Origin: Guillardia theta CCMP2712
Lineage: Eukaryota > Protista > Cryptophyta
Reading direction: 5' to 3'
NCBI RefSeq assembly: GCF_000315625.1
Contig: NW_005434550.1
Span: forward strand, 1 to 64,000
Length of the DNA stretch: 64,000 nt
The position numbers and the translations under genes are program-made. Below the pieces are notes generated by a model, which was not told where the DNA came from, searched no databases, and saw nothing but the letters and a program-made list of their open reading frames with translations. Below, in pieces: positions 22,701 through 34,990 of this stretch (within the stretch, counting starts at the first letter, position 1; each line of letters opens with the position of its first letter).

Positions 22701-25700
22701 ACGTACCAACCATCATTAGACATATCTATCGCCCAAACCCAATCATTATGCCCAAGGCACACAGCAACCGTCTGCCCAATGGAGAGATCCCACATTCTGA
22801 CCGTACAATCCACCGAGCTGCTGCAGCATCGTAAACCATTCGAGGAGATTGAAACACTCAAAACTTCACTAAAATGGCCTTTGAGCACGAATTTCGGAAA
22901 AATATCAAAAAATTGCAAAGGCTGAGACCGGGTTCCAGATTGAACAATCGATTGATCCTCGAGTTCAGACTCGGAATCAAACGCATGCGCAAAAACATTC
23001 AAGCGACCTGAGCTCGATATCGGAACAAAACTACTAACATCTCCAGATATCAACGAACGATTGGAAGGCGGACCAAAACGAGAAAAACTGAAAGTATCCA
23101 GAGACCAGCAAAAAAGAGTCATGTCCCAAGAGCAAGATACCACCGTCCCCCCGCCCCCCGCAATGCACACCCCGAACACCTTGTCGCTGTGCCCCGTCAT
23201 CGCCTTCACCTCCCGCCCCTGCTCCAGGTCCCACACTCGCACGCTCCTGTCGAAGCTGCACGTCGCTGCCAGCCTCCCGTCTCCTGACGCCGACACCCCT
23301 CTCACGTCGTCCTCGTGCCCCGTCATCACGTGCTCGCACCGCCCGCTCCCTATGTCCCACACCCGGATCTCCCGGTCCTGCCCGCATGATACCACCCGCC
23401 CGCCCCCTATCGACACCCCCCGGATGACCCCCTTGTGCCCCCCCCCCCCACACTCTGCCGTCAGCTTCCCCGTCTCCCACACGATCACCGTGAGGNNNNN
23501 NNNNNNNNNNNNNNNNNNNNNNNNNNNNNNNNNNNNNNNNNNNNNNNNNNNNNNNNNNNNNNNNNNNNNNNNNNNNNNNNNNNNNNNNNNNNNNNNNNNN
23601 NNNNNNNNNNNNNNNNNNNNNNNNNNNNNNNNNNNNNNNNNNNNNNNNNNNNNNNNNNNNNNNNNNNNNNNNNNNNNNNNNNNNNNNNNNNNNNNNNNNN
23701 NNNNNNNNNNNNNNNNNNNNNNNNNNNNNNNNNNNNNNNNNNNNNNNNNNNNNNNNNNNNNNNNNNNNNNNNNNNNNNNNNNNNNNNNNNNNNNNNNNNN
23801 NNNNNNNNNNNNNNNNNNNNNNNNNNNNNNNNNNNNNNNNNNNNNNNNNNNNNNNNNNNNNNNNNNNNNNNNNNNNNNNNNNNNNNNNNNNNNNNNNNNN
23901 NNNNNNNNNNNNNNNNNNNNNNNNNNNNNNNNNNNNNNNNNNNNNNNNNNNNNNNNNNNNNNNNNNNNNNNNNNNNNNNNNNNNNNNNNNNNNNNNNNNN
24001 NNNNNNNNNNNNNNNNNNNNNNNNNNNNNNNNNNNNNNNNNNNNNNNNNNNNNNNNNNNNCCCACACCCGTACTGACATGTCCCAAGAGCAAGATACCAC
24101 CGTCCCCCCGCCCCCCGCAATGCACANNNNNNNNNNNNNNNNNNNNNNNNNNNNNNNNNNNNNNNNNNNNNNNNNNNNNNNNNNNNNNNNNNNNNNNNNN
24201 NNNNNNNNNNNNNNNNNNNNNNNNNNNNNNNNNNNNNNNNNNNNNNNNNNNNNNNNNNNNNNNNNNNNNNNNNNNNNNNNNNNNNNNNNNNNNNNNNNNN
24301 NNNNNNNNNNNNNNNNNNNNNNNNNNNNNNNNNNNNNNNNNNNNNNNNNNNNNNNNNNNNNNNNNNNNNNNNNNNNNNNNNNNNNNNNNNNNNNNNNNNN
24401 NNNNNNNNNNNNNNNNNNNNNNNNNNNNNNNNNNNNNNNNNNNNNNNNNNNNNNNNNNNNNNNNNNNNNNNNNNNNNNNNNNNNNNNNNNNNNNNNNNNN
24501 NNNNNNNNNNNNNNNTGTGCTTGCTCAGCGCCTTCACCTGCTTCCCGCTGTTGCAGTCCCACACCAGCACCTGCTTCCCCTGCCCGCTCACCACCCGCCC
24601 CCCGTCCGGTAGAAGCGCCACGCAAGACACCTCCCCCGTGTGCTGGATCTTCCGTACCTCCTTCCCTGACAGCGTCCACAGCCGCACCGTCCCGTCCCGG
24701 CTGCACGACGCCGCTAGCGACCCGTTCCCTGTCACCGATACCCCCAGCACCCAATCTTTATGCGCATTGATAGTTCTCCTGCATTTTCGTTTGCTTAAGT
24801 CCCATACTATCAGTGTTCCATCGCTTGCACCACTGACAACAATATTTTGAATTGGATCTGCAGTGATACACAGCACTTCTTTCTTGTGGTATCCCATTGT
24901 ATTTGAAGATTCATGAGTTTTGCTCCCATAAGAAGCAAAGCCAGGATGAACGATTACCTTTTCAATTGAAAAGCTTTCAAATGGAGTAGAAAAGGTATTC
25001 ACCACTGTGCCTTCTTTGGAGATATTCCTTTTTGAGGGCAAAGTTGAGTTTTGATCAAGCGCCGATAAAGGAAGAAAATTAGAGCTCTGCTCTTTGGTAA
25101 CGAACTGCGGCAATGAACTAAACACAGATATTGATCGTGAAGACATGTCGATGGACGTTGAAACTGCCAAACAATTCGAAGATGAGGGACGAAGAGGAAC
25201 TCCTTTGAGATTGCCAGATTGTACATCCCACACCCGTACTGACATGTCCCAAGAGCAAGATACCACCGTCCCCCCGCCCCCCGCAATGCACACCCCGAAC
25301 ACCTTGTCGCTGTGCCCCGTCATCGCCTTCACCTCCCGCCCCTGCTCCAGGTCCCACACTCGCACGCTCCTGTCGAAGCTGCACGTCGCTGCCAGCCTCC
25401 CGTCTCCNNNNNNNNNNNNNNNNNNNNNNNNNNNNNNNNNNNNNNNNNNNNNNNNNNNNNNNNNNNNNNNNNNNNNNNNNNNNNNNNNNNNNNNNNNNNN
25501 NNNNNNNNNNNNNNNNNNNNNNNNNNNNNNNNNNNNNNNNNNNNNNNNNNNNNNNNNNNNNNNNNNNNNNNNNNNNNNNNNNNNNNNNNNNNNNNNNNNN
25601 NNNNNNNNNNNNNNNNNNNNNNNNNNNNNNNNNNNNNNNNNNNNNNNNNNNNNNNNNNNNNNNNNNNNNNNNNNNNNNNNNNNNNNNNNNNNNNNNNNNN

Positions 25701-28700
25701 NNNNNNNNNNNNNNNNNNNNNNNNNNNNNNNNNNNNNNNNNNNNNNNNNNNNNNNNNNNNNNNNNNNNNNNNNNNNNNNNNNNNNNNNGCAAGACACCTT
25801 CCCCCCGGTGTGCTGGATCTTCCGGTACCTCCTTTCCCTGACAGCGTCCACAGCCGCACCGTCCCGTCCCGGCTGCACGACGCCGCTAGCGACCCGTTCC
25901 CTGTCACCGATACCCCCAGCACCCAGTCGCTGTGCCCCGTGCACTTGGCCACCTGACTCCCCGTCGCTACCTCCCAGATCCTCACCGTCCCGTCTACCGA
26001 CCCGCTGATCGCCCGCCCCCCGTCCCATGTCACCGATACTGCAAGAACCTCCTTCTCGTGACCCTGCAGCTTCAGCGCTCCGAGCGACACTGACCCCGTG
26101 CTCCCCGGCTGCGCCTTCTCCCCGCCTTCCTCCCTGGCTCCCATCTCTGTCCTTCTCTCCCCTACAGTTACTGCCGATGCCGTTGCTACCCCTTCCTCCG
26201 CTCCTGCTCCCGCCCCTTCCTTCGAGCCCTCCGCACCTCGCTCTGCCATCCCTCTCCCCTTGCTCCCATCCTTCTCTGTGACGCTTGACGGTGGCTGGAG
26301 CGGCTTCCCCACGCTCTCCCCTGACTCCACGTCCCACACCCGTACTGACATGTCCCAAGAGCAAGATACCACCGTCCCCCCGCCCCCCGCAATGCACACC
26401 CCGAACACCTTGTCGCTGTGCCCCGTCATCGCCTTCACCTCCCGCCCCTGCTCCAGGTCCCACACTCGCACGCTCCTGTCGAAGCTGCACGTCGCTGCCA
26501 GCCTCCCGTCTCCTGACGCCGACACCCCTCTCACGTCGTCCTCGTGCCCCGTCATCACGTGCTCGCACCGCCCGCTCCCTATGTCCCACACCCGGATCTC
26601 CCGGTCCTGCCCGCATGATACCACCCGCCCGCCCCCTATCGACACCCCCCTGACGACCCCTTGTGCCCCTCCAGCACTCGCTCTGCCGTCAGCTTCCCCG
26701 TCTCCCACACGATCACCGTGAGGTCCTGCGACCCTGACGCGATCCTCTCTCCCCCCGGGCTCGCGCATACACACCGCACTGCTCCCGTGTGCTTGCTCAG
26801 CGCCTTCACCTGCTTCCCGCTGTTGCAGTCCCACACCAGCACCTGCTTCCCCTGCCCGCTCACCACCCGCCCCCCGTCCGGTAGAAGCGCCACGCAAGAC
26901 ACCTCCCCCGTGTGCTGGATCTTCCGTACCTCCTTCCCTGACAGCGTCCACAGCCGCACCGTCCCGTCCCGGCTGCACGACGCCGCTAGCGACCCGTTCC
27001 CTGTCACCGATACCCCCAGCACCCAGTCGCTGTGCCCCGTGCACTTGGCCACCTGACTCCCCGTCGCTACCTCCCAGATCCTCACCGTCCCGTCTACCGA
27101 CCCGCTGATCGCCCGCCCCCCGTCCCATGTCACCGATACTGCAAGAACCTCCTTCTCGTGACCCTGCAGCTTCAGCGCTCCGAGCGACACTGACCCCGTG
27201 CTCCCCGGCTGCCGCGCGCGCTCGTCCGGCGTGGCCATCCCTGTCTCCGGGGGGAGCGGCTTCCCCACGCTCTCCCCTGACTCCACGTCCCACACCCGTA
27301 CTGACATGTCCCAAGAGCAAGATACCACCGTCCCCCCGCCCCCCGCAATGCACACCCCGAACACCTTGTCGCTGTGCCCCGTCATCGCCTTCACCTCCCG
27401 CCCCTGCTCCAGGTCCCACACTCGCACGCTCCTGTCGAAGCTGCACGTCGCTGCCAGCCTCCCGTCTCCTGACGCCGACACCCCTCTCACGTCGTCCTCG
27501 TGCCCCGTCATCACGTGCTCGCACCGCCCGCTCCCTATGTCCCACACCCGGATCTCCCGGTCCTGCCCGCATGATACCACCCGCCCGCCCCCTATCGACA
27601 CCCCCCCTGATGACCCCCTTGTGCCCCTCCAGCACTCGCTCTGCCGTCAGCTTCCCCGTCTCCCACACGATCACCGTGAGGTCCTGCGACCCTGACGCGA
27701 TCCTCTCTCCCCCCGGGCTCGCGCATACACACCGCACTGCTCCCGTGTGCTTGCTCAGCGCCTTCACCTGCTTCCCGCTGTTGCAGTCCCACACCAGCAC
27801 CTGCTTCCCCTGCCCGCTCACCACCCGCCCCCCGTCCGGTAGAAGCGCCACGCAAGACACCTCCCCCGTGTGCTGGATCTTCCGTACCTCCTTCCCTGAC
27901 AGCGTCCACAGCCGCACCGTCCCGTCCCGGCTGCACGACGCCGCTAGCGACCCGTTCCCTGTCACCGATACCCCCAGCACCCAGTCGCTGTGCCCCGTGC
28001 ACTTGGCCACCTGACTCCCCGTCGCTACCTCCCAGATCCTCACCGTCCCGTCTACCGACCCGCTGATCGCCCGCCCCCCGTCCCATGTCACCGATACTGC
28101 AAGAACCTCCTTCTCGTGACCCTGCAGCTTCAGCGCTCCCAGCGACACTGACCCCGTGCTCCCCGGCTGCTGATCTTGTTTGTTGTGATCTGTTATTTGA
28201 ATTCTTTGATCAATTTTATCAAAAGGAAGATGTTCGTTTTTGTTCAATTGACTTAGAGGCATGAAAGTTGTTGAGGCGTTCAATTTTGTCACGAAGCTCT
28301 GAGTTTTCATTGGATCTGTTTCTTCAGGTTTGGAATGCAATGAAGACCATGAGGGGGTTTGTCTTGGAGCTGGTGTGTTGTCCTTGGACGGGCTATGTCT
28401 TGATGCTGGCTTGGATTCTGATGCTCGTTTTGTGGATGCGACAGTGCTAAGATTTGTCCCACTGTCAAGAATACCTTTTCCTGGGTTGACCAAAGATACA
28501 ATCTTCTTGGTTTCGTCTGCTGCCTTTTTCTGTGCTACAATTCCGGAGGCATCCATGGCTGACGCAATGGGCGACGACTGCGATACACTTGGGAGTACAT
28601 TTTGTGATGGTTTTATATCAAATGTCGGCCGAATATCTGCTTTGTGTGCTGTTTCGTGATGCGGCCCCGAAGATGATTGCTTAGCCTCATTGAAAGATGG

Positions 28701-28940
28701 TGTCATACGTTGCAGCGATCCCCTCTCTTGTGTACTCGATAATCCCCTCTCTTGTGTACCCGATGATCCCTTCTCTTGTGTACTTGATGATCCCTTCTCT
28801 GGTTTACTAGGCGATCTCTTCTCCTGGGCACTGGGCTGGGGGGCGGGCAAGTCATCGGGAGCGTAGAATCCTTCATCGTTCTCCTCCGCTTGCTCTTGTA
28901 ACCTCCTCCTCCTCGCCAGCACCGCCGCAAGGTCCGCCAT
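19777..28940 (-). CDS. Giant WD40 protein: low-complexity N-terminus, ~7 seven-bladed propellers, TM segments and a Cys-rich C-terminus (gapped, apparent frameshifts)
   Basis: Repeated GH...WD blades. Hydrophobic LALVFGFLLYFPWIGG (~20600-20640) and LALAVVIVVGSLLIV (~20440-20480). CPRNCMSCSDC..WC. Confidence 0.85.
23120..28170. repeat. About five near-identical ~0.9-kb GC-rich coding modules, each a 7-blade propeller
   Basis: For example 27255-28170 vs 26298-27211 vs 25226-26111 (gapped); partial copies at 24516-24753, 24061-24126 and 23120-23495. Confidence 0.9.
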
Positions 28941-29096
28941 GTCAGCGTCGATGATTTACCACCAGATTTACCACCCCCTCCCCTTCCACGACCTCTGCGA
29001 TGAGGAGACAGAGGAAAATTGGGTGGAGACAGAGGAAAACTGAGGGGGGCTCGGTATTGGTGAGAATGACTAAAGGTGACGAGAGACATAAGCAAA

Positions 29097-29890
29097 ATGG
29101 CGTCGCTGGTTAGGCTTCTGCTGCTCCAAGCTGTGTCAGCGTCGCTCGCCTTCTCTCCTGCAGTGATGACACGTGAGGGTGTAGGCCGATCACCTTCCTC
29201 TCCACTTCCTCGAGCTCAGCGACTTGTTCTTCAGAGCATCCGGCAGGTGAAGCGGTCGAAGGTATGCCAAGTCGCCATGTCGTCGGTGACATGCGAGTAC
29301 AAGACGCTCACACTACAGACGGAACCCGGTAAAGATGACGCTGCTCTCCCTCATTTACATATTCACTTCTTCAACGCGCAGGAATCTCAGTTTGGGACAT
29401 TACACCGGAGATCAAGGAGTTGATCAAAACGAGCGGCATGAAGAATGGTTTCGTGAACGTGATCTCTCGGCACACCACCACAGCCGTCATGATCAATGAG
29501 TATGAGTCGCGTCTGATCAAAGACCTCAAAGACTACTTCTTGAAGATAGCTCCCCCTGATGCAAAGTACCTGCACAACGAAATACATTTGCGCCCAGAGA
29601 CGCAGGAGGACAAGAGGAGGGTTCTCCTCAACAACTGGGATATCAATGATCCTGCTGTACTTGAGGCTTGGAGATCCCAGGAGCCCTTCAATGCTCACTC
29701 ACACTTACTGTCTATGATGCTTGGGAACTCAGAAAGCATTCCGGTACGTGAGGCGCTCAGTTTTGCAGAGTTGACACCTTCGCAGGTATCAAACGGTGAA
29801 CTGGCGATCGGGCAGTGGCAATCAGTGATGCTCGTTGATTTGGACGGTCCACGCAAAAGGACTGTAGGTATCCAAGTGTTTGGCACATGA
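29097..29890 (+). CDS. yjbQ: YjbQ/UPF0047 family protein with a bipartite plastid-targeting presequence; introns 29329-29381 and 29744-29785
   Basis: HTTTAVMINE, YLHN, NAHSHL, LAIGQWQSVMLVDLDGPRKRTV. Signal peptide MASLVRLLLLQAVSASLA|FSP. Confidence 0.9.
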
Positions 29891-29894
29891 TGAG

Positions 29895-32800
29895 TTAATC
29901 CTTCCATTACACCCTGAAAGTTCTTCGCCCTCAGTCGCTGTCCGGGCTGATTTCTCTCACAACTCGAAGGGTTCGACGCATGTTCTCTTCTCCTCCAACC
30001 GAGGGTTTTCTCACAGCACTGCTCGTGCATTCAGTCGACGTCTGTCCCTCCTGGCTCGAGTTCACTGGCAGAGGAGAAACCCCCTCGGATGTTGGTGCTG
30101 GAGAGTGAGCGCTTGTCTTGTACGCTCCGTTCCCTGATCAAGTGTCAAGTTTCGCTGCTGTACAAAACTCTCACTCGTACCTCCTCCATGCAAGTGCTGG
30201 CGAATCTCATCACAGAATCGTCTCGCTTCCACGAGAGCCTCCGCCTTCCTCCTGAAGCGCTCCAGTGCCCCTGTTGCTTGCTCTGATGCTGAGAGAGCCC
30301 TTTTGAACATCCCCTTCTCCAGTAAAACTTTCGCAGATTGGCTGGCGCAAGTGTTACTTGTAGTTGCTAGTCAAGACAATCTTACAGCAGATTCTCTGCT
30401 CTCCGTCCCTCCCGGAGTTCATCAAGCTCTTCACGGATGTCCGGCGAGTCCTCAAGGATTTGACGTAAGATCTTGTCGTCGACCTGCACCTGTCAGTCAC
30501 TTGACTTGCTACTCGACCCTAGTGTGACACCATGAGTACATCTGTTTGTACCAGAGCTAACACAGTCGCACTCCTCGGATCGTTGTGCAGAAGTGACATC
30601 TTGTAGCATAAAAACATTATCTCATCATCAGAGCATCACACACCTACTGACCTCACCAACAACTGCTCCTTCTCCTGCATTTAACGCAGTCAGGTTAACT
30701 CTTGGAAATAAACTTTCAGTGTGCAACTGACCCATCTGCGCCACTTCTTTCTCCAGTTGGTCCTCTCCTCGAATAAGCACGGCAATATTTCCTTTGAGCA
30801 GGATGAAACAGTAGGGCTGGTTCGTGTCACCCTGATAGGCAGCCGAACGTTTCCCGTCAATCTTCCTCACCCTCACAAATCCAACACTCAAACTAGAAGA
30901 CTTTCACCTGAGACATAAGCACTTCTCCACATCTGTACCGAAAGGAAGGGCAACTTTGGGCCAAGCTCATCAAATGTTCTTCGTGCAAGAGTTTGAGAAG
31001 TTCCGATCGCCTCATGCTCAAGACTGCAAATATCGACTCGCTTGGGAATTCAATCTTCCGCTTCTCCAGATTTTGCTGAATTCTTTCTGCTTTCAGACTT
31101 TCAATCTCAGAGGTCAATTTCAAATTCTTCCGCAGAATTGAAGAAAAGGACTCATAGGTGATCAAAATGAGATCTGCAACGCCGCATGCCTTGATAGTTG
31201 CAGAGCGAGGCTCGCCAAGCAGCATCCCCATCTCTCCGAATATTTGTCCTTTGCCGAGCTTTGCTACCTCCTTTTGATCCCCTGCTGCCCCAATCATGAC
31301 TGACAGCACGCCTGCCACTACCATGTACATCCATCTCTCTCCTTCTGCCCCCTGCTCGATTACCACATCTCCATCCTGGTACTGTATCGGTCTGCAAATC
31401 CTTGCAAGAGTTTGCCGCTCCTCATCAGAAAGTAGTTTGAGGATGGGGCTTGACTGAAGGCTCATGACCCGCTCAATAGGATTCATCTTCTGGCGAGACC
31501 CTTCTGCTACCGACGGATTCTCACGATTTCTTCGACGGCTGATTGCAAGCTCTCTCTGTTGATTGATGTACTCAGCGTTGAGCTGTGATAAGATGAGCTC
31601 TTTTTCCGCTGAGGAGGGCGGCATTCGGTTGAGATATGCCTTGTACCCTTTGACAAACATGTTCGAGTCAACGTAGCTTGAACCCTCATACTCAGAGTCA
31701 TGATCAAACCCGACCTCAAATCGCTCAAGCTCTCCTTCTGTATACCCAAGATCAGAGAGCAATCTTAGCAGGTCTGATTTTGGCATGTATCGTCTGCCTG
31801 TCTGATTCAGCGAACAGAACAGCATTTCAGCTTCTTCTCGGATACTCGCAGCAACGGCTGTTCGTCCAGACAATTTCAGATGCCAACGTTTGTGTTCCGA
31901 AACGGCATCTTGTGTTATCACATTTCCATCTTCATCAGATGATATCATGAATTCGCCATCAAATAAAGATGCACAACAACGAATTGGGCTGCTGTGTATG
32001 AATTGTGTATGCAAGTGTTGAGCGTGCATCTTTGCACTAGATTTTGATAGAAACAGCTTCCAGAACCGAATTGAAGAATCGTCTGAGACTGTCGCCAGCA
32101 TCCCGGCCTGTTGAAGGTAGCATGCTGCATTGACCTTGTGCGAGTGAGCGTGAGCACCTTCAAGCCCCCCAAGTCGGTCAAGACATTCTTCATCCACACG
32201 CCAGATGTCAACCAGCCCTGCCGATCATTTCAGAGACAACTAGTAGAGAGTAGTCGGCCCTGCCTTGATCCATGAGGCCGCTGGCAACCAACCCAACATG
32301 TTCCTGCAAGTGAAGAAAGCTGACAGGGCCCGCGGTTGTGACCAAACTCACCAGCTGAGAACCGAAGGACCACTGCGTCTTATGTTGAGGCTTCCAGAGT
32401 CTAATCGTTGAGTCCATGCCTGACGTTACCAGAAAGCTTCCGTCAGACTTCCAGGCACACCCTGATACTGGGCCCTGATGCCCATGATTTGCGTTCTGAC
32501 CAAGCTTTTGAATGCAAACGCTGCTTTCAATACTGCAAATACGCACGATTCCATCTGATGCACCAGTTGCAAAGAGCAGATTGATATGACAAGAGGATAC
32601 AGCGGTCACAGGAACAAGGTGGTTGACACAAGCAATACACTTGCCCGCTTGCATTTCAGTCAGTGTCTGCCCAAGCTCCCTGATCCTAACAGAAAATTTT
32701 GCTGCGTCTCGTTGGATCAACTTTTCCATCTCTTCTTTTACTTTCGCTCTCTGAGGGTCCTCTTGAATGGTCCAAACTCTCGCCGTGCCATCAAGCGAGG

Positions 32801-33516
32801 AGGAGACGAGTAGCCCCATCTGAAGCCCCTCTCCCACCACAATTCCAGTGATGGAGTTTGTATGGCCCACAAGCATGCACTTTACATATGATGAGCCCAT
32901 GGAAAAATTAATGCAAACTACCTTCTCCTCGAAGTCCAGCGATGAATCGCCTTCACCATGCTCCACACGTTTGACAAAAGACACTCTAAAATAATTCTGA
33001 ATGACTCGACAGAAATAAATTAACAAGGTAGATTCTAAACAACACGAGAGAAGCATCATAACAAATCAAGGATGATGAAAAAACTTTGACACCAAATATG
33101 ACTAAAGTTTTATGAACAAGTCATTGAAACCTGACGGAGCAATCTTCTCCTCCTGTGGCGAAAATAATTCCTTGAGTAGGTTGCCTCATCGCTTTGCAGT
33201 CTGCTTCCTGTCTGTCTGCATCGGAACTCAGTTCCAGCTCTTCAGGAAGACTTTCCTTTTCGTCGTCTCCAATGAGTTGCGAGGAAGCTCCTGCCACCAT
33301 TGCCGTTACGCTCCCGGCGTGAGGGCGCATGATGCCTCTGCCGCTTACTCCTGCCATGGTCCTGCTACATTCCTGATGCCTAGTCAAACAAAGTACCCCA
33401 CCCCACACAATTTTTTTCTAGAGAGGGGGTAAAACCACCCCCTCCCTTCCAGCACCTGTGTGAACGCTTTGAAAGCAAGCTCTACCACCATTGCCGTCGC
33501 AACGCTCCGGCAGCAT
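29895..33516 (-). CDS. WD40-repeat + EF-hand-like + tandem cyclic-nucleotide-binding domain protein (multi-exon, ends approximate)
   Basis: GHTNSITG..SSSLDGTARVW, GHQGPVSG..GMDSTIRLW; GQIFGEMGMLLGEPRSATIKA; a second cNMP-like domain at 30550-30960. Confidence 0.8.
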
Positions 33517-33604
33517 GCTTGACGAGGTAAGCCACTCTCCAGGCTGCCAGGCGCTTGACTGGCACCAACTATCACCGCATTGCTGGCAGGCTCATAATGA
33601 AAAC

Positions 33605-34990
33605 ATGGCGGAACTCAAGGATACAACTGTGCTGCTCTCGGTAAAACCACAAGTCATTGAAGGGACTGAGAATCCATGCAGGAAAATAAAAGACTGCAAG
33701 AAGAAATATCAAAACTAAAGCAGAATTTGGAGGATGCAAGATGGATGAATGAAGTCTACGAGAAGAGTTTTAATCGAATGAGCAAAGATCGTGCTCAGCT
33801 GTTGCGAGTATGTCATGCTTGCTGCCATGTATTTGTATCTCTTTTGAGTAAATTACTCACATTTAATGAATAGGCTCAGTTTCCAAATGAAATTTCTCCC
33901 GACAAGTCAAAAGAAACTGATGGTATGACACCAGTAATTGATTGAGCAGAAGATGGTAATGGTTGTTCTTACAGAAATTACAGTTTGTTTAAAATGCCAT
34001 GGAAAGGATACATTCAGGCGGGAAGTTACATACCGTTTGATATCAATCCTAGAGAAAAAGTACTTGAGGGTGGCATATTTTGATGCTTTTGCAAGGGCAT
34101 GTCAACGCACGCGGTGCGGTTGTGATGTTTCAAGAGATGCAACTTGATGCAGTTCTCTAGGAGATATGTTAGCGTGCTGGCAAGAATGACTGACAAGACT
34201 GTAGGCGAACACTTTTCCAGGAAAGTTATTCTTAGACTAAGAGTGCAGTCGAAGCCTGCGTGAAAACTCTTAAAGTTTTGTTGGAGCAGATGGAGCGCGT
34301 ATACAGTTGAAAGGTTGGCAGCGAGAGCACTCACAGCAACACTGCGAAAGAACTTCAAAATTGAAGAAACATTGAGCAAGCAGGTAATTTGTGATCTCAA
34401 AGCTCGATTTACATAATAAAGAATGTTCGGTCAGGTGAGCGAACCGGATGAAGGTTCTAATGATCAAGGAGATATTTGTGTCCAAGATGCCAGCAACGAC
34501 ATTGAAGGAAGGTGATATATCCTTTCAGATATGTTTAGCTTAATACGATATTTCTTTGTTGTTCCAAGCGCTGAAATCCCAACAAATGCCTCCCTTACTT
34601 TAAGGACGATCCATGAAACGAAGTCTCCGCTGCAGTCAAAGGCAAGAAAATGGATCTGTGAGAACGTCAGCATGACTTTTGGAAACAGGCAGAGATTATC
34701 TACACAAAAGCTAAGAGATTATAAGGGAGCTACATCGAGGGGTAAGATGTTGAAATCAATCGATATGGATGAAACGCTTTTTGAACACATTTATCGTGGT
34801 CAACCAACAGGTTGCCCACGGATTCAATGCTCAATCATTTGTATGCAGCTATCGTTCCATGCATTTATAGCGCTAATTGCATGAGACTTTGGGCTGCAAT
34901 CAGTAAATTTACGTTTCATGGGGAAGGCTTGACAAGAACATACTAGGCAAGACTTTACAAAAATGCACATTCTCGTTGAAGTATTCGCAT
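33605..34990 (+). CDS. Hypothetical multi-exon coiled-coil protein (extent uncertain)
   Basis: QENKRLQEEISKLKQNLED heptads and short GT-AG introns. Confidence 0.35.

Noticed and set aside
23034-28086. Long Gly/Arg-rich and antisense Pro/Ser-rich ORFs
   Set aside because: Shadow frames of the GC-skewed WD40 repeats, inflated by N runs.
28716-28800. 24-bp coding repeat (STQEKGSS) in the WD40 N-terminus
   Set aside because: Ordinary low-complexity expansion.
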